A stretch of 50,245 nucleotides of DNA from a virus (lineage: Duplodnaviria > Caudoviricetes). Position 1 is the first letter of the stretch. Every line of letters begins with the position of its first letter. The notes under the pieces were generated by a model. That model had not been told where the DNA came from. It saw only the letters and a program-made list of their open reading frames with translations, and did not search any database. The translations under genes and the position numbers were made by a program. The DNA lies in the IMG/VR virus record IMGVR_UViG_3300010226_000008, positions 1 through 50,245 of that record; one strand, 5' to 3'. Positions 18,433 to 26,066 of this stretch are shown one piece after another.

Positions 18433-18626
18433 GCGGCGATATCTATACGGTGGGGGACGGGCGGCGCACGCAGTTCGCGCAGCGTGACGACGGCGTGTGG
18501 TTCATCCGTCACAAGTGGAATGGTCATTGGGGCAAGTGGTGGGAACACGGCCGCAAATGCCCGTATGAGTTCAGCAAGTATCGTGTGCCTGGGGCTGGCA
18601 AGGCGAGGTTGCCCAATGTCCCGTAA
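18429..18626 (+). CDS. Hypothetical protein
   Basis: GGAGG RBS, GTGA overlap. Confidence 0.6.
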   Translation: MSGDIYTVGDGRRTQFAQRDDGVWFIRHKWNGHWGKWWEHGRKCPYEFSKYRVPGAGKARLPNVP

Positions 18627-18828
18627 GTATTGCACCCCGGCCATGCTGGCAGCGTTGACCGATCTCAAGAAGGGCGCACCGTGCCCGGCACCGCTGCGCG
18701 AGACGCTGCGTGCGCGCGGCTGGATGACGAAAGACGGAACGATCACGCGGGCGGGGGTTGATTATCTAAATGGTCGTGATATGATCGGCACTCAATCAAT
18801 TAACCGTAAGGGGGTCAATCATGCGTAA
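18616..18828 (+). CDS. Hypothetical protein
   Basis: GAGG RBS; MSRKYCTPAMLAAL... Confidence 0.55.
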   Translation: MSRKYCTPAMLAALTDLKKGAPCPAPLRETLRARGWMTKDGTITRAGVDYLNGRDMIGTQSINRKGVNHA

Positions 18829-18985
18829 GGGTGCAAAGGTAACGGTTCGTATGCCGCGCGGTGCGAATCGCGAGGGCAAGTTCGTCGGCGAGGAAAACAA
18901 TCGCGGCACGTGGTACATCATCCAGCCACCGGAAAAGGGTGCGCAACCCTTCAGGGTGCGGCCGGCAACGGTAACGCCGCTGTAA
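18821..18985 (+). CDS. Hypothetical protein (54 aa)
   Basis: AAGGGGG RBS; MRKGAKVTVRMPRG...VTPL*; ends at the terminator. Confidence 0.6.
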   Translation: MRKGAKVTVRMPRGANREGKFVGEENNRGTWYIIQPPEKGAQPFRVRPATVTPL

Positions 18986-19019
18986 AAAAGAAGCCCCGCC
19001 GAAGCGGGGTTTTTTATTT
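18984..19019. terminator. Bidirectional rho-independent terminator
   Basis: A-tract, CCCCGC-CGAA-GCGGGG, T-tract, at the convergence of + and - gene blocks. Confidence 0.85.
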
Positions 19020-19418
19020 CCTAAAGACCCAGGCGAGCATGGCGTCCGGCTTGGGCGGTTTGCGGCGCAACGCTCGTTGACGCCTAAGATGCGCTTCGTG
19101 CCGCTCGGGGTCGGCCTTGATCGTTGCGCGGTAATTCTTCTTGCGCTGTTCCACCGTGAGCGCGACGGGCTTCGGTTTGTTCTCACCTGGGCCGAAGCGC
19201 AACACGGGGATGTACGGGCCAGCGCCTGCCGGACGCACCCAATCAACCACGTGGATTAGCTTGCGATCGTTCACGAGGAACCAGACGTATTCCCTGACGC
19301 TCGTACTCTTGTTGAGAACGATCCGTTCCGCAAGCTGCCATTGATCGAGATCCCCGGCTTTCAATTCCTTGAGGATTCGTTCAATGCGCGCCCGGCTGCG
19401 TGAGTCCCCCGGATTCAT
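19014..19418 (-). CDS. Putative winged-HTH DNA-binding protein
   Basis: RIERILKEL...QWQLAERIVLNKSTSVREYV pattern; basic C-terminus. Confidence 0.55.
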   Translation of the reverse strand: MNPGDSRSRARIERILKELKAGDLDQWQLAERIVLNKSTSVREYVWFLVNDRKLIHVVDWVRPAGAGPYIPVLRFGPGENKPKPVALTVEQRKKNYRATIKADPERHEAHLRRQRALRRKPPKPDAMLAWVFRK

Positions 19419-19669
19419 TTCAAACCCTCTTTCGTAATGAGCCCGTGACGACCGGCAAACATAGCGTCTACCTCTACGGGCTTGAAGTCAGGTTCGGGTC
19501 TGCCGCAATGCCCCCAGTTGATCCAGGCTCGCAGCATCGCCCCGTGTTCGCGGAACCTACCGACGACTTCCGCAGAGTCACGCCCAAGACGCACGAGCCA
19601 TACACGCTGACCCTCGTTGAAATGCCGCGTGCGGAATGGCATCGCGGCGGATAGCACCGTGGCGTTCAT
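19415..19669 (-). CDS. Hypothetical protein
   Basis: ATGA-coupled member of the operon. Confidence 0.6.
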   Translation of the reverse strand: MNATVLSAAMPFRTRHFNEGQRVWLVRLGRDSAEVVGRFREHGAMLRAWINWGHCGRPEPDFKPVEVDAMFAGRHGLITKEGLK

Positions 19670-19782
19670 TTGTGCAGACAGTCTCGCCCTTGGTTGCAGC
19701 TATGGTCGTCGCACGGGCTGGCCGGCAAATGACGCTGCGCCAGATACCATGCAACGACGATGAGTGTAAGAAGGATCGCCAT
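19666..19782 (-). CDS. Small membrane peptide (38 aa)
   Basis: MAILLTLIVVAWYLA...CNQGRDC; TAATG and ATGA coupling on either side. Confidence 0.5.
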   Translation of the reverse strand: MAILLTLIVVAWYLAQRHLPASPCDDHSCNQGRDCLHK

Positions 19783-21146
19783 TACTTGTCGTCTTCCCTG
19801 CGTGATGCCAATCGATAGAACCCTCCGCGGCCAGCGCACGTCGTACAGTCGGGGTGATCGCAGCACGTTCGGTATTCCATATTTTGAACCAGACGGAGCA
19901 CGCCAGACGGGATCGGCTCGTCGTCAACGACTCGCTGAAGCGCGCGCAACAGCGCTTCCTCCCGCGCCGCATCCTTCGCGTTGGCGGCTTCCTGACCTGC
20001 TGCGATGGTGGTGGGGGCTTGGTTTAGCAGCCGATAGCCTTCATCCTGCATGGATTTCAAGTGCGCCTCCAAGTCTTTCCAGTGCATTTCCTTCATAGCC
20101 GAGCCGAAAAGGCGGATTGCTTCCCTGATCCATTTTTTAAGCTTATCGCTCTCGCCCGCAATGGCAGCGCTGGTGGCGGGTGCTTTGCCGAAAATCTCGC
20201 CTGCAAGCTCGTAGATTTCCTGCATGATGACCCGACGGGTGCGATTCGATCCCGTCACAGGTGCGTTGCCGTATTCGCGCACTAGCGCATCCAAGTCGCC
20301 CGCGTTGGCGGCTTCTCTTTCCGAATGATCCGGCACGGTCGTGGGGGCGGCAGCGCGGACACGATACGCTTCGATTTCCTGCTGCATCGCCTCGCGCACA
20401 GTGTTGTCGTTGATGCGCCCGTGATCTCCGGACAGCAGCACCGTTTCGTATTTCGGGATCGGCGCTGCTTCTTGCTGTGCATGAGCCTCGCCGCGCGATA
20501 CCGCTGCCGCCCATTCCTTGCTGAAGTCCTGCGGGCCGTGCGCCTCAATCCGTGTCATAGCGCGCGACAGGGCGTCGTCAGCCTGCGTCGCCTCGGGAGC
20601 TACTGGCTGCGATGCCGGGGATGGTGCACGCAACTTAGCCGCGAGATTTTCGGCACGGGCAGCCTGTCCCGCGCTCTGGAACATTGAGTCGTCGAGAAAG
20701 TCCAATCGCTTCGCGTCCGCATCGGCATCCGGGAACCTGCGCGCTTCGCGTTCGGCAACGAGGTTTTGAACCAGACGCAGCACGCCGGACGGGATCGGCT
20801 CGTCGTCTGGCAGGTCAAGTGCGCGGGCGCATGCCACTAGCGTGTTGAACCAGTACGCTGCCTTACGGAGATTGGCAATACCTTCCCGTTGCACCTGGGC
20901 GATGATGTCGTACAACGACGCCTGTTTCGCTGCACCCTCTTCGCCATTGATCAACACATCCAGTTCGCGGACCAATCGCTTATGATCGGCGATAACTTCG
21001 CGCAAGTCGAGACATTCCCGCGTGCGCTCCGTCTCATGCTTAAGCATCGCCATGCCCGAATTCTTCATCTCTTCGACTTGGCGTGCCAGCTTCGCGTTTT
21101 GCTCGACGGCGGCGTCGTGCGCCGCTAACAGTTCTGCATAGTTCAT
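19782..21146 (-). CDS. Mosaic hypothetical protein with internal repeats
   Basis: 454 aa; coiled-coil-like N-terminus, DAKRLDFL motif, repeated DDEPIPSGVLRLVQN. Confidence 0.7.
   Translation of the reverse strand: MNYAELLAAHDAAVEQNAKLARQVEEMKNSGMAMLKHETERTRECLDLREVIADHKRLVRELDVLINGEEGAAKQASLYDIIAQVQREGIANLRKAAYWFNTLVACARALDLPDDEPIPSGVLRLVQNLVAEREARRFPDADADAKRLDFLDDSMFQSAGQAARAENLAAKLRAPSPASQPVAPEATQADDALSRAMTRIEAHGPQDFSKEWAAAVSRGEAHAQQEAAPIPKYETVLLSGDHGRINDNTVREAMQQEIEAYRVRAAAPTTVPDHSEREAANAGDLDALVREYGNAPVTGSNRTRRVIMQEIYELAGEIFGKAPATSAAIAGESDKLKKWIREAIRLFGSAMKEMHWKDLEAHLKSMQDEGYRLLNQAPTTIAAGQEAANAKDAAREEALLRALQRVVDDEPIPSGVLRLVQNMEYRTCCDHPDCTTCAGRGGFYRLASRREDDK
19882..20807. repeat. 44-bp direct repeat (19882-19925 and 20764-20807)
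   Basis: Two synonymous mismatches; both copies lie in the segment encoding DDEPIPSGVLRLVQN. Confidence 0.9.
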
Positions 21147-21397
21147 TTGAGTATCATCCTTCCATTGTTGAAGTGGTCGACCTCGCGGCCGGGTGGGATA
21201 TGAAGTTCCTTGACCAACTCAGCGGCCACAACCATTGCGTCGGCGACGATCGCGTAGTCGCTGTCGGTCTCGCACGCGGTCAAGGCAAGCGGGCCGTTAC
21301 GGTGGATCGTGTGCCACGCGCTGCGGGCGTTGTCGTCGCACACGTTGGCGCGATACCAGTCCAGCAGCGCGTGGGCGAGGGGTGAGGCGCGGGTCAT
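21143..21397 (-). CDS. Hypothetical protein
   Basis: ATGA-coupled. Confidence 0.6.
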   Translation of the reverse strand: MTRASPLAHALLDWYRANVCDDNARSAWHTIHRNGPLALTACETDSDYAIVADAMVVAAELVKELHIPPGREVDHFNNGRMILK

Positions 21398-21600
21398 GCC
21401 CAGTTCAGTTTCAGACCGTTTAGGCGGGCCGCGCGGTCGACGATGCGCACAGCGATGTCCATCGTTTTGATTGCCGAAATGAAGCGCAGAGAATCGAGGT
21501 GCATTTGTGCAGCCTGATTTGCCGTGAAACCACGCCCCATCGATTCGACGATACTTTTCTGCGCGTAGACCACTTGAGCGTTTTCAAAGTCGAGTTTCAT
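21394..21600 (-). CDS. Hypothetical protein, first gene after repeat promoter A
   Basis: AAGGGG/AGGA purine-rich RBS. Confidence 0.65.
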   Translation of the reverse strand: MKLDFENAQVVYAQKSIVESMGRGFTANQAAQMHLDSLRFISAIKTMDIAVRIVDRAARLNGLKLNWA

Positions 21601-21620
21601 TTCCTACCCCTTCTATCTAC

Positions 21621-21686
21621 CGCTTCGCACCGTGCGTCGCGTCCATGTGTTGAACTATACGCCCATTATTCGTATTGGTCAACAAT
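21621..21686 (-). promoter_or_regulatory. Early promoter cassette, 66-bp repeat copy A
   Basis: Minus strand TTGACC-17-TATAGT plus leader; identical to 23839-23904. Confidence 0.85.
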
Positions 21687-21869
21687 CTGTTGCGCATCCT
21701 CCGTTGCTATCCACGATTCCTCGTTGGCGAGGCTTGATGGGTCGTTCTCGATGGCGTCAACAAGGACGCGCAACGCATTGAACACGCGTTCGAACTCTTC
21801 GTAACGGACGTAACTTTCGGACGTGCACCGATCCATTATTTCGTTCTCGGTCCATTGTTTGACGCTCAT
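21666..21869 (-). CDS. Hypothetical acidic protein
   Basis: GAGG RBS; its stop codon lies inside the promoter repeat. Confidence 0.6.
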   Translation of the reverse strand: MSVKQWTENEIMDRCTSESYVRYEEFERVFNALRVLVDAIENDPSSLANEESWIATEDAQQIVDQYE

Positions 21870-22030
21870 ATCGATTCCTCAGTGATGCGCTTCGCTTCGA
21901 AACGGTAATAGCCCTGGACGGCCACGGGTATGCCGCGACGCTCCAACTCGGCGGCAATCTCGCCGATCTCGGCCGCCAGCATGCGCCCCGTGTCGGCGAG
22001 GTCTTTATCGGATTGGTCGCGGATGCTCAT
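21866..22030 (-). CDS. Hypothetical protein (54 aa)
   Basis: MSIRDQSDKDLADTGRML...EESI*; AAGGA RBS, ATGA-coupled on both sides. Confidence 0.6.
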   Translation of the reverse strand: MSIRDQSDKDLADTGRMLAAEIGEIAAELERRGIPVAVQGYYRFEAKRITEESI

Positions 22031-22212
22031 TTGCGTTCCTTTTTGATCTTTATGTTAAAAAGTTCCCAGTACGCGGCGTCCATCTTGGAATCGCCGCCTT
22101 CCCATTTCTGCCACGTGCGCAGGTTCTTATGCAGCAGTTCGGCCGCCTGGGTTTGCGTGAGCCCGGCGTCGTTGCGGACGCGGGCGATCTGTTGCGGGGT
22201 TGGCGTGGTCAT
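22027..22212 (-). CDS. Small XRE/Cro-type HTH regulator
   Basis: IARVRNDAGLTQTQAAELLHKNLRTWQKWEGG. Confidence 0.85.
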   Translation of the reverse strand: MTTPTPQQIARVRNDAGLTQTQAAELLHKNLRTWQKWEGGDSKMDAAYWELFNIKIKKERK

Positions 22213-22385
22213 AGGATCGGCTTCGGCAAAAGTTTGAATTGACGGTCCAGGTCGGCCGCCGCTTTTTGCTTACGCTCTACCGCGCGATACATCCGCATAT
22301 CAGACCATCTCGGACCGTCCTCGATACGCTTCAACGCGTCGCGGGCGTCAAGGTATTCTTCCAGGGTTTCGCTAAAGGTCTTCAT
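22209..22385 (-). CDS. Hypothetical protein
   Basis: MKTFSETLEEYLDAR...; ATGA-coupled. Confidence 0.6.
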   Translation of the reverse strand: MKTFSETLEEYLDARDALKRIEDGPRWSDMRMYRAVERKQKAAADLDRQFKLLPKPIL

Positions 22386-22891
22386 TTGAGCAGCCCCGCT
22401 TGACGTGCGCGGTCGAGCAAGGCTTGTGCATCCTTTTCGGCGCACTGGACTTCTTTGTATTCGCTCTCGGCGAGACGGTCGGAGTCGATCATTGCGTACT
22501 TCGTTGTAACCTCCAACGCCGCAAGCAACTCTTCGTACGTGGGCGGGTTGGGTGGCGACAGACGGTCGACGATCTCTTGCGCGGCTTTACGCGCCCCGAT
22601 GGTAGGCGGATTGCCATTGATCCAATTGCGGGCGATCCGGATTAGATTGTCGATATCGTCGGGCGATACAAGCGGGTCGGGGACTTCGACGTCGAACGGC
22701 GCTTCGTTGGTGGCCGGCAATGCAGGGCTGTTGCTGAAAACGACGGACGGTGCTGTCCCAAGTTCCATCATGAAGACACCGATACTGTGCGGATTCAAAC
22801 GGTACGTGCTGATGACGACGTGACGGGGCGCGGTCCGCTTTACGATGATGTCGCCGGGCTTGAGTTCGTCGGCGCGTTTGGTGATGATCAT
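22382..22891 (-). CDS. Hypothetical protein
   Basis: GGAG RBS before MIITKRADELKPGDII. Confidence 0.65.
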   Translation of the reverse strand: MIITKRADELKPGDIIVKRTAPRHVVISTYRLNPHSIGVFMMELGTAPSVVFSNSPALPATNEAPFDVEVPDPLVSPDDIDNLIRIARNWINGNPPTIGARKAAQEIVDRLSPPNPPTYEELLAALEVTTKYAMIDSDRLAESEYKEVQCAEKDAQALLDRARQAGLLK

Positions 22892-23061
22892 TTTGTGGTT
22901 CTCCGTTGTTTGTACCCGAACGTCCAGCGCTCGGAGTGAGTGTGCCCGCATTCAGGGCATTGCTTGTCCTTGTCGCTGTACATCAAATAGCAGTTGTAGC
23001 AGTTGCGAACCGTGATCGCGTCACCGCGTCGACGGGCAAGTCTGCGTTGTTTGGCGTTCAT
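22888..23061 (-). CDS. Small zinc-ribbon protein (57 aa)
   Basis: CYNC...CPECGH; GGAAGG RBS; ATGA-coupled downstream. Confidence 0.6.
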   Translation of the reverse strand: MNAKQRRLARRRGDAITVRNCYNCYLMYSDKDKQCPECGHTHSERWTFGYKQRRTTK

Positions 23062-23063
23062 GT

Positions 23064-23291
23064 TTAACCTTCCTGGGTTGCGGTGAGGACGTCGGCAGCG
23101 ATGACGCCCGAGATGGACGGGTTGCGCAGGACAGCCCGTAACGCTACGACGAGGGCGTCATAGTTGTTCACTCGGCGTGCGACTTCCATCGCGATCGGCA
23201 TGTCGTCAAGGATGCCCAACGCGAACGTGTCGGGGCTGTTGTTCGCGCGCATTTCGAAACCGTGCCGCGTTGACATTACGGTGATTTTCAT
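23064..23291 (-). CDS. Hypothetical protein
   Basis: ATGA-coupled. Confidence 0.6.
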   Translation of the reverse strand: MKITVMSTRHGFEMRANNSPDTFALGILDDMPIAMEVARRVNNYDALVVALRAVLRNPSISGVIAADVLTATQEG

Positions 23292-23485
23292 TCCCAATCC
23301 CCGCCCAACGCTGCGTCGATCGCCCGGACGGCGTTGTCGAACACGGTTGCGTCGCCCGAGTCATTGAACAGCGCGTCGTGCGCCAGCTTCAACGCCTCGC
23401 GCAACTGCGTGTAGGTCGGCAGGCCGACGTTTTCAAGCCGAGTGTCTGCCGCTACGATTGCGATGGATTCTTTCGTAATTTTCAT
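23288..23485 (-). CDS. Hypothetical protein
   Basis: AAGGA RBS; GLPTYTQLREALK. Confidence 0.6.
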   Translation of the reverse strand: MKITKESIAIVAADTRLENVGLPTYTQLREALKLAHDALFNDSGDATVFDNAVRAIDAALGGDWE

Positions 23486-23694
23486 TTCGGTTCCTTTCTA
23501 ATGGTCAGAAGCATTTCCAGCAATGCCAACGCGCGATCGGTGCATTCTGTTTTCGTCTCGCCGCTGATCGATTCGTTAATAACGGTGATGCCAATGTCGG
23601 GGTGATCGAACGAACGGGGCGCCGCAACTTCGCGCCCGTCCGACGTTACCAGCCGCCAAGGGTTGCGGCTGTACGAACGTTTTTCGATCTTCAT
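23482..23694 (-). CDS. Hypothetical protein
   Basis: MKIEKRSYSRNPWRL...; ATGA-coupled. Confidence 0.6.
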   Translation of the reverse strand: MKIEKRSYSRNPWRLVTSDGREVAAPRSFDHPDIGITVINESISGETKTECTDRALALLEMLLTIRKEPK

Positions 23695-23822
23695 TTTTCC
23701 CACACTTCATAGCAGCCTGCGCTGACCGGCACGACGTAGAAAAAACGACCGTTTGCGGTGAGGTTTGCGATACGAACGAAAAGATTTGCGTCCGATGCGG
23801 TGTTGTAGGTTGCGTATTTCAT
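23691..23822 (-). CDS. Hypothetical protein (43 aa), first gene after repeat promoter B
   Basis: GGGAG RBS; MKYATYNTASDANLF... Confidence 0.55.
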   Translation of the reverse strand: MKYATYNTASDANLFVRIANLTANGRFFYVVPVSAGCYEVWEK

Positions 23823-23838
23823 GGTCATCTCCCGTTTG

Positions 23839-23904
23839 CGCTTCGCACCGTGCGTCGCGTCCATGTGTTGAACTATACGCCCATTATTCGTATTGGTCAA
23901 CAAT
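23839..23904 (-). promoter_or_regulatory. Early promoter cassette, 66-bp repeat copy B
   Basis: Identical to 21621-21686; TTGACC-17-TATAGT. Confidence 0.85.
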
Positions 23905-23913
23905 AAAAAGCGG

Positions 23914-24117
23914 TTATTTGGCGGGTTCGTACGATGGACAGTTCTCGCCGTAGTCGGGCCAGATGCTTACGCGATGCCAGTACGGCCGGGCGATGCATGA
24001 TGGGATCGGTGGCGGGACGAAGTCGACCTTGCATGTACCGTGGCAGGTGCGCTTGATGCGGCCGGTCGGCGTGCGAGGGAACTCGGCGTATTTACAGGTT
24101 TTGCAGGATTGGCTCAT
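23914..24117 (-). CDS. Small Cys-rich protein
   Basis: SCKTCKY...C...C...CPSY. Confidence 0.6.
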   Translation of the reverse strand: MSQSCKTCKYAEFPRTPTGRIKRTCHGTCKVDFVPPPIPSCIARPYWHRVSIWPDYGENCPSYEPAK

Positions 24118-24383
24118 TTGCGGCAGACCTCATCGGCCATCCGTGCCGCAATGGTGGCAACGGCAATCGCTGCTATCCTCATTGCGTCCAGGTCGCGCTG
24201 GTTATATTTGGTGAATACGTGGCGTTTCAGATTGTCGAGCCCTTCCAGCAAGACCGCGTACCCCTCGTGAGGGCTGGCGAGCGGTGGAAGGGCTCGCCCC
24301 ACGCGTTCGACTTCTTCCTTGATCAGTTCGACGGCAGGTTTGTTGTTGTCGATTCCGAAAATTTCAAATGCGGTTCCGTACAT
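24114..24383 (-). CDS. MazG-like small protein with degenerate acidic motif
   Basis: SPHEGYAVLLEGLDNL...AIAVATIAAR; AAGGA RBS. Confidence 0.5.
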   Translation of the reverse strand: MYGTAFEIFGIDNNKPAVELIKEEVERVGRALPPLASPHEGYAVLLEGLDNLKRHVFTKYNQRDLDAMRIAAIAVATIAARMADEVCRK

Positions 24384-24394
24384 GGCGATTCCTT

Positions 24395-24937
24395 TTAGAT
24401 CGGTGTGACGATCAGTCGTTTGTTGGTGAGGACTTCTTCTACTTTTGACAACAGGTATTTGTGGCCGTTGTGGTTCAGGTACATGACGCCGGTTTCCCGG
24501 TCGCACTCGACCACGTTGTAAAGCTCCAGGTGGGCGAAGTTGAATTCCGGCGTTCCGTACTTCGTGATGCGCACGAGGTCCAACTTGTTGAGTGCTTTGG
24601 GTGATGGAACCTGATCATGGAAAGTCTCAACGATGGATTGAAGTTGGACGTACACGTGATCACCGCCGTACTGCAGCGCTTCGCAAAATTTCTGGACAAG
24701 CGGTCGGTGTTCATCACGCACGAGGAAAGTTCGTTCGTGGAAGTTGTTCACCATCGCGTTGATGAACTTGCGGCGACCGACCTGGACTTCCTGCCGGCGT
24801 GCTTCTTGATCTTCCATCAGGCAGGCAATGCAACTGCCGTTGCTGACGTAGCGGTCGGAGTTGTGGCCACGTCGACATGGCTTTCCGGTGTTGAAGACCT
24901 TCAAACCGGCAGCGGCGGCATCTGTGCGATTTTGCAT
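24395..24937 (-). CDS. Hypothetical protein with N-terminal Zn-binding motif
   Basis: FNTGKPCRRGH...RYVSNGSCIAC. Confidence 0.65.
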   Translation of the reverse strand: MQNRTDAAAAGLKVFNTGKPCRRGHNSDRYVSNGSCIACLMEDQEARRQEVQVGRRKFINAMVNNFHERTFLVRDEHRPLVQKFCEALQYGGDHVYVQLQSIVETFHDQVPSPKALNKLDLVRITKYGTPEFNFAHLELYNVVECDRETGVMYLNHNGHKYLLSKVEEVLTNKRLIVTPI

Positions 24938-24952
24938 TTTTGGGATTTCCTG

Positions 24953-25077
24953 CTGTTTGTGTGTATTGTACTGTGATTACATCTTAATTTTCTAAGTCTC
25001 TCACATTACAATACACACAATCAAGGGTTTTAGAGAAAACACCAAAACTAAAATCCAATCACAATACACACAAACAG
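24953..25077. repeat. ACAATACACACAA motif x3 (17-bp perfect inverted repeat plus one more copy)
   Basis: 24953-24969 (-), 25008-25020 (+), 25061-25077 (+), in an AT-rich divergent gap. Confidence 0.85.
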
Positions 25078-25134
25078 GCGTTTCTGGCGTTTGGTGTAAA
25101 ATTGACGGACCACAACTGACGAACGCGTGACGAT

Positions 25135-25839
25135 ATGAGCAATGACGAACCAACACTGAACGATTGGCTGTTCATCGGTGAGTACGTAAAAGATTGGAAA
25201 CCATCGGCGGCGATGCGGCGGGCTGGGTTCTATCATGGTGACTTCGCGGGACAGGAAGCGTACCGCCGTCTAAAGAAGCCAGCCGTGAAACGAGAGATCG
25301 AAAAAATCAGGGAAGCGGCGAAGCAAAAAGTACAATTATCAAATTCAATCATAGTAGACGACATCCTCAACGTACTGACGGCGGACCCCCGCGACCTCAT
25401 CGAGATCGTGACCGAATCGTGCCGTTACTGCCATGGTGAAGGCCATCGCTACCAGTTCACGCAGAATGAATGGACTCGATTGCAAACCGCTCATCGATGG
25501 GAGAACAAACCGGAACCGGACATCCTGGGCGGCCTGGGCTTCAATCCCAACCGCGATCCACATCCAGGTTGCCCCGAGTGCTTCGGCAACGGCGTGGTCG
25601 TCGAGAAGTTGAAGGACGTCCGCGACCTGTCCCCAGCCGCCGCTGCTCTATATATAGGCGCCGAGCGCACGAAGCACGGCATCAAGATCAACATGCGCAG
25701 CAAGGACGCCGCGCGGGAAGCTGCCGCCCGCATCCTGGGCATGAACAAGGAAACGCACATCCTGAAGGACGGCGGGAAGTCGCTCGCCGATATGACGGAC
25801 GAACAGTTGGAAGCATTGGCGAGGGGTGAGGGGCAATGA
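25135..25839 (+). CDS. terS: Terminase small subunit
   Basis: FIGEYVKD...AMRRAG...AYRRLKKPAV N-terminus; CRYC/CPEC Zn insertion; upstream of terL. Confidence 0.85.
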   Translation: MSNDEPTLNDWLFIGEYVKDWKPSAAMRRAGFYHGDFAGQEAYRRLKKPAVKREIEKIREAAKQKVQLSNSIIVDDILNVLTADPRDLIEIVTESCRYCHGEGHRYQFTQNEWTRLQTAHRWENKPEPDILGGLGFNPNRDPHPGCPECFGNGVVVEKLKDVRDLSPAAAALYIGAERTKHGIKINMRSKDAAREAAARILGMNKETHILKDGGKSLADMTDEQLEALARGEGQ

Positions 25840-26066
25840 GCGATATGGCGACGAAGTACCCGAAGTATTACAAGCGCGTGCCCGATGGCGTGACGTCGTT
25901 GGATGTCTATGCCGTTTGTCAGATGTTTGATGTATCTGACGCGGCGTTGTCGCACGCGCTGAAAAAGATAATGTTGCCCGGCACGCGTACAGGTGGGAAA
26001 AGCCGGCACGACGACATCAAGGAAGCGCGCGACACGCTAAATCGATGGCTGGAACTCAACAAATGA
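25836..26066 (+). CDS. Hypothetical protein between terS and terL
   Basis: DVY....F.V....HALKK....G.R.GGK...DIKEA; ATGA-coupled. Confidence 0.7.
   Translation: MSDMATKYPKYYKRVPDGVTSLDVYAVCQMFDVSDAALSHALKKIMLPGTRTGGKSRHDDIKEARDTLNRWLELNK

Noticed and set aside
6131-19015. Shared CCCCGCCGAAGCGGGG at 6136 and ~18994
   Set aside because: A common cUUCGg-tetraloop terminator hairpin, not evidence of a mobile repeat.
19882-20807. 44-bp repeat as a DGR template/variable pair
   Set aside because: No reverse transcriptase, and only two synonymous mismatches.
21621-23904. 66-bp repeats as a CRISPR array or att sites
   Set aside because: Only two copies 2.2 kb apart, with promoter structure, and no integrase present.
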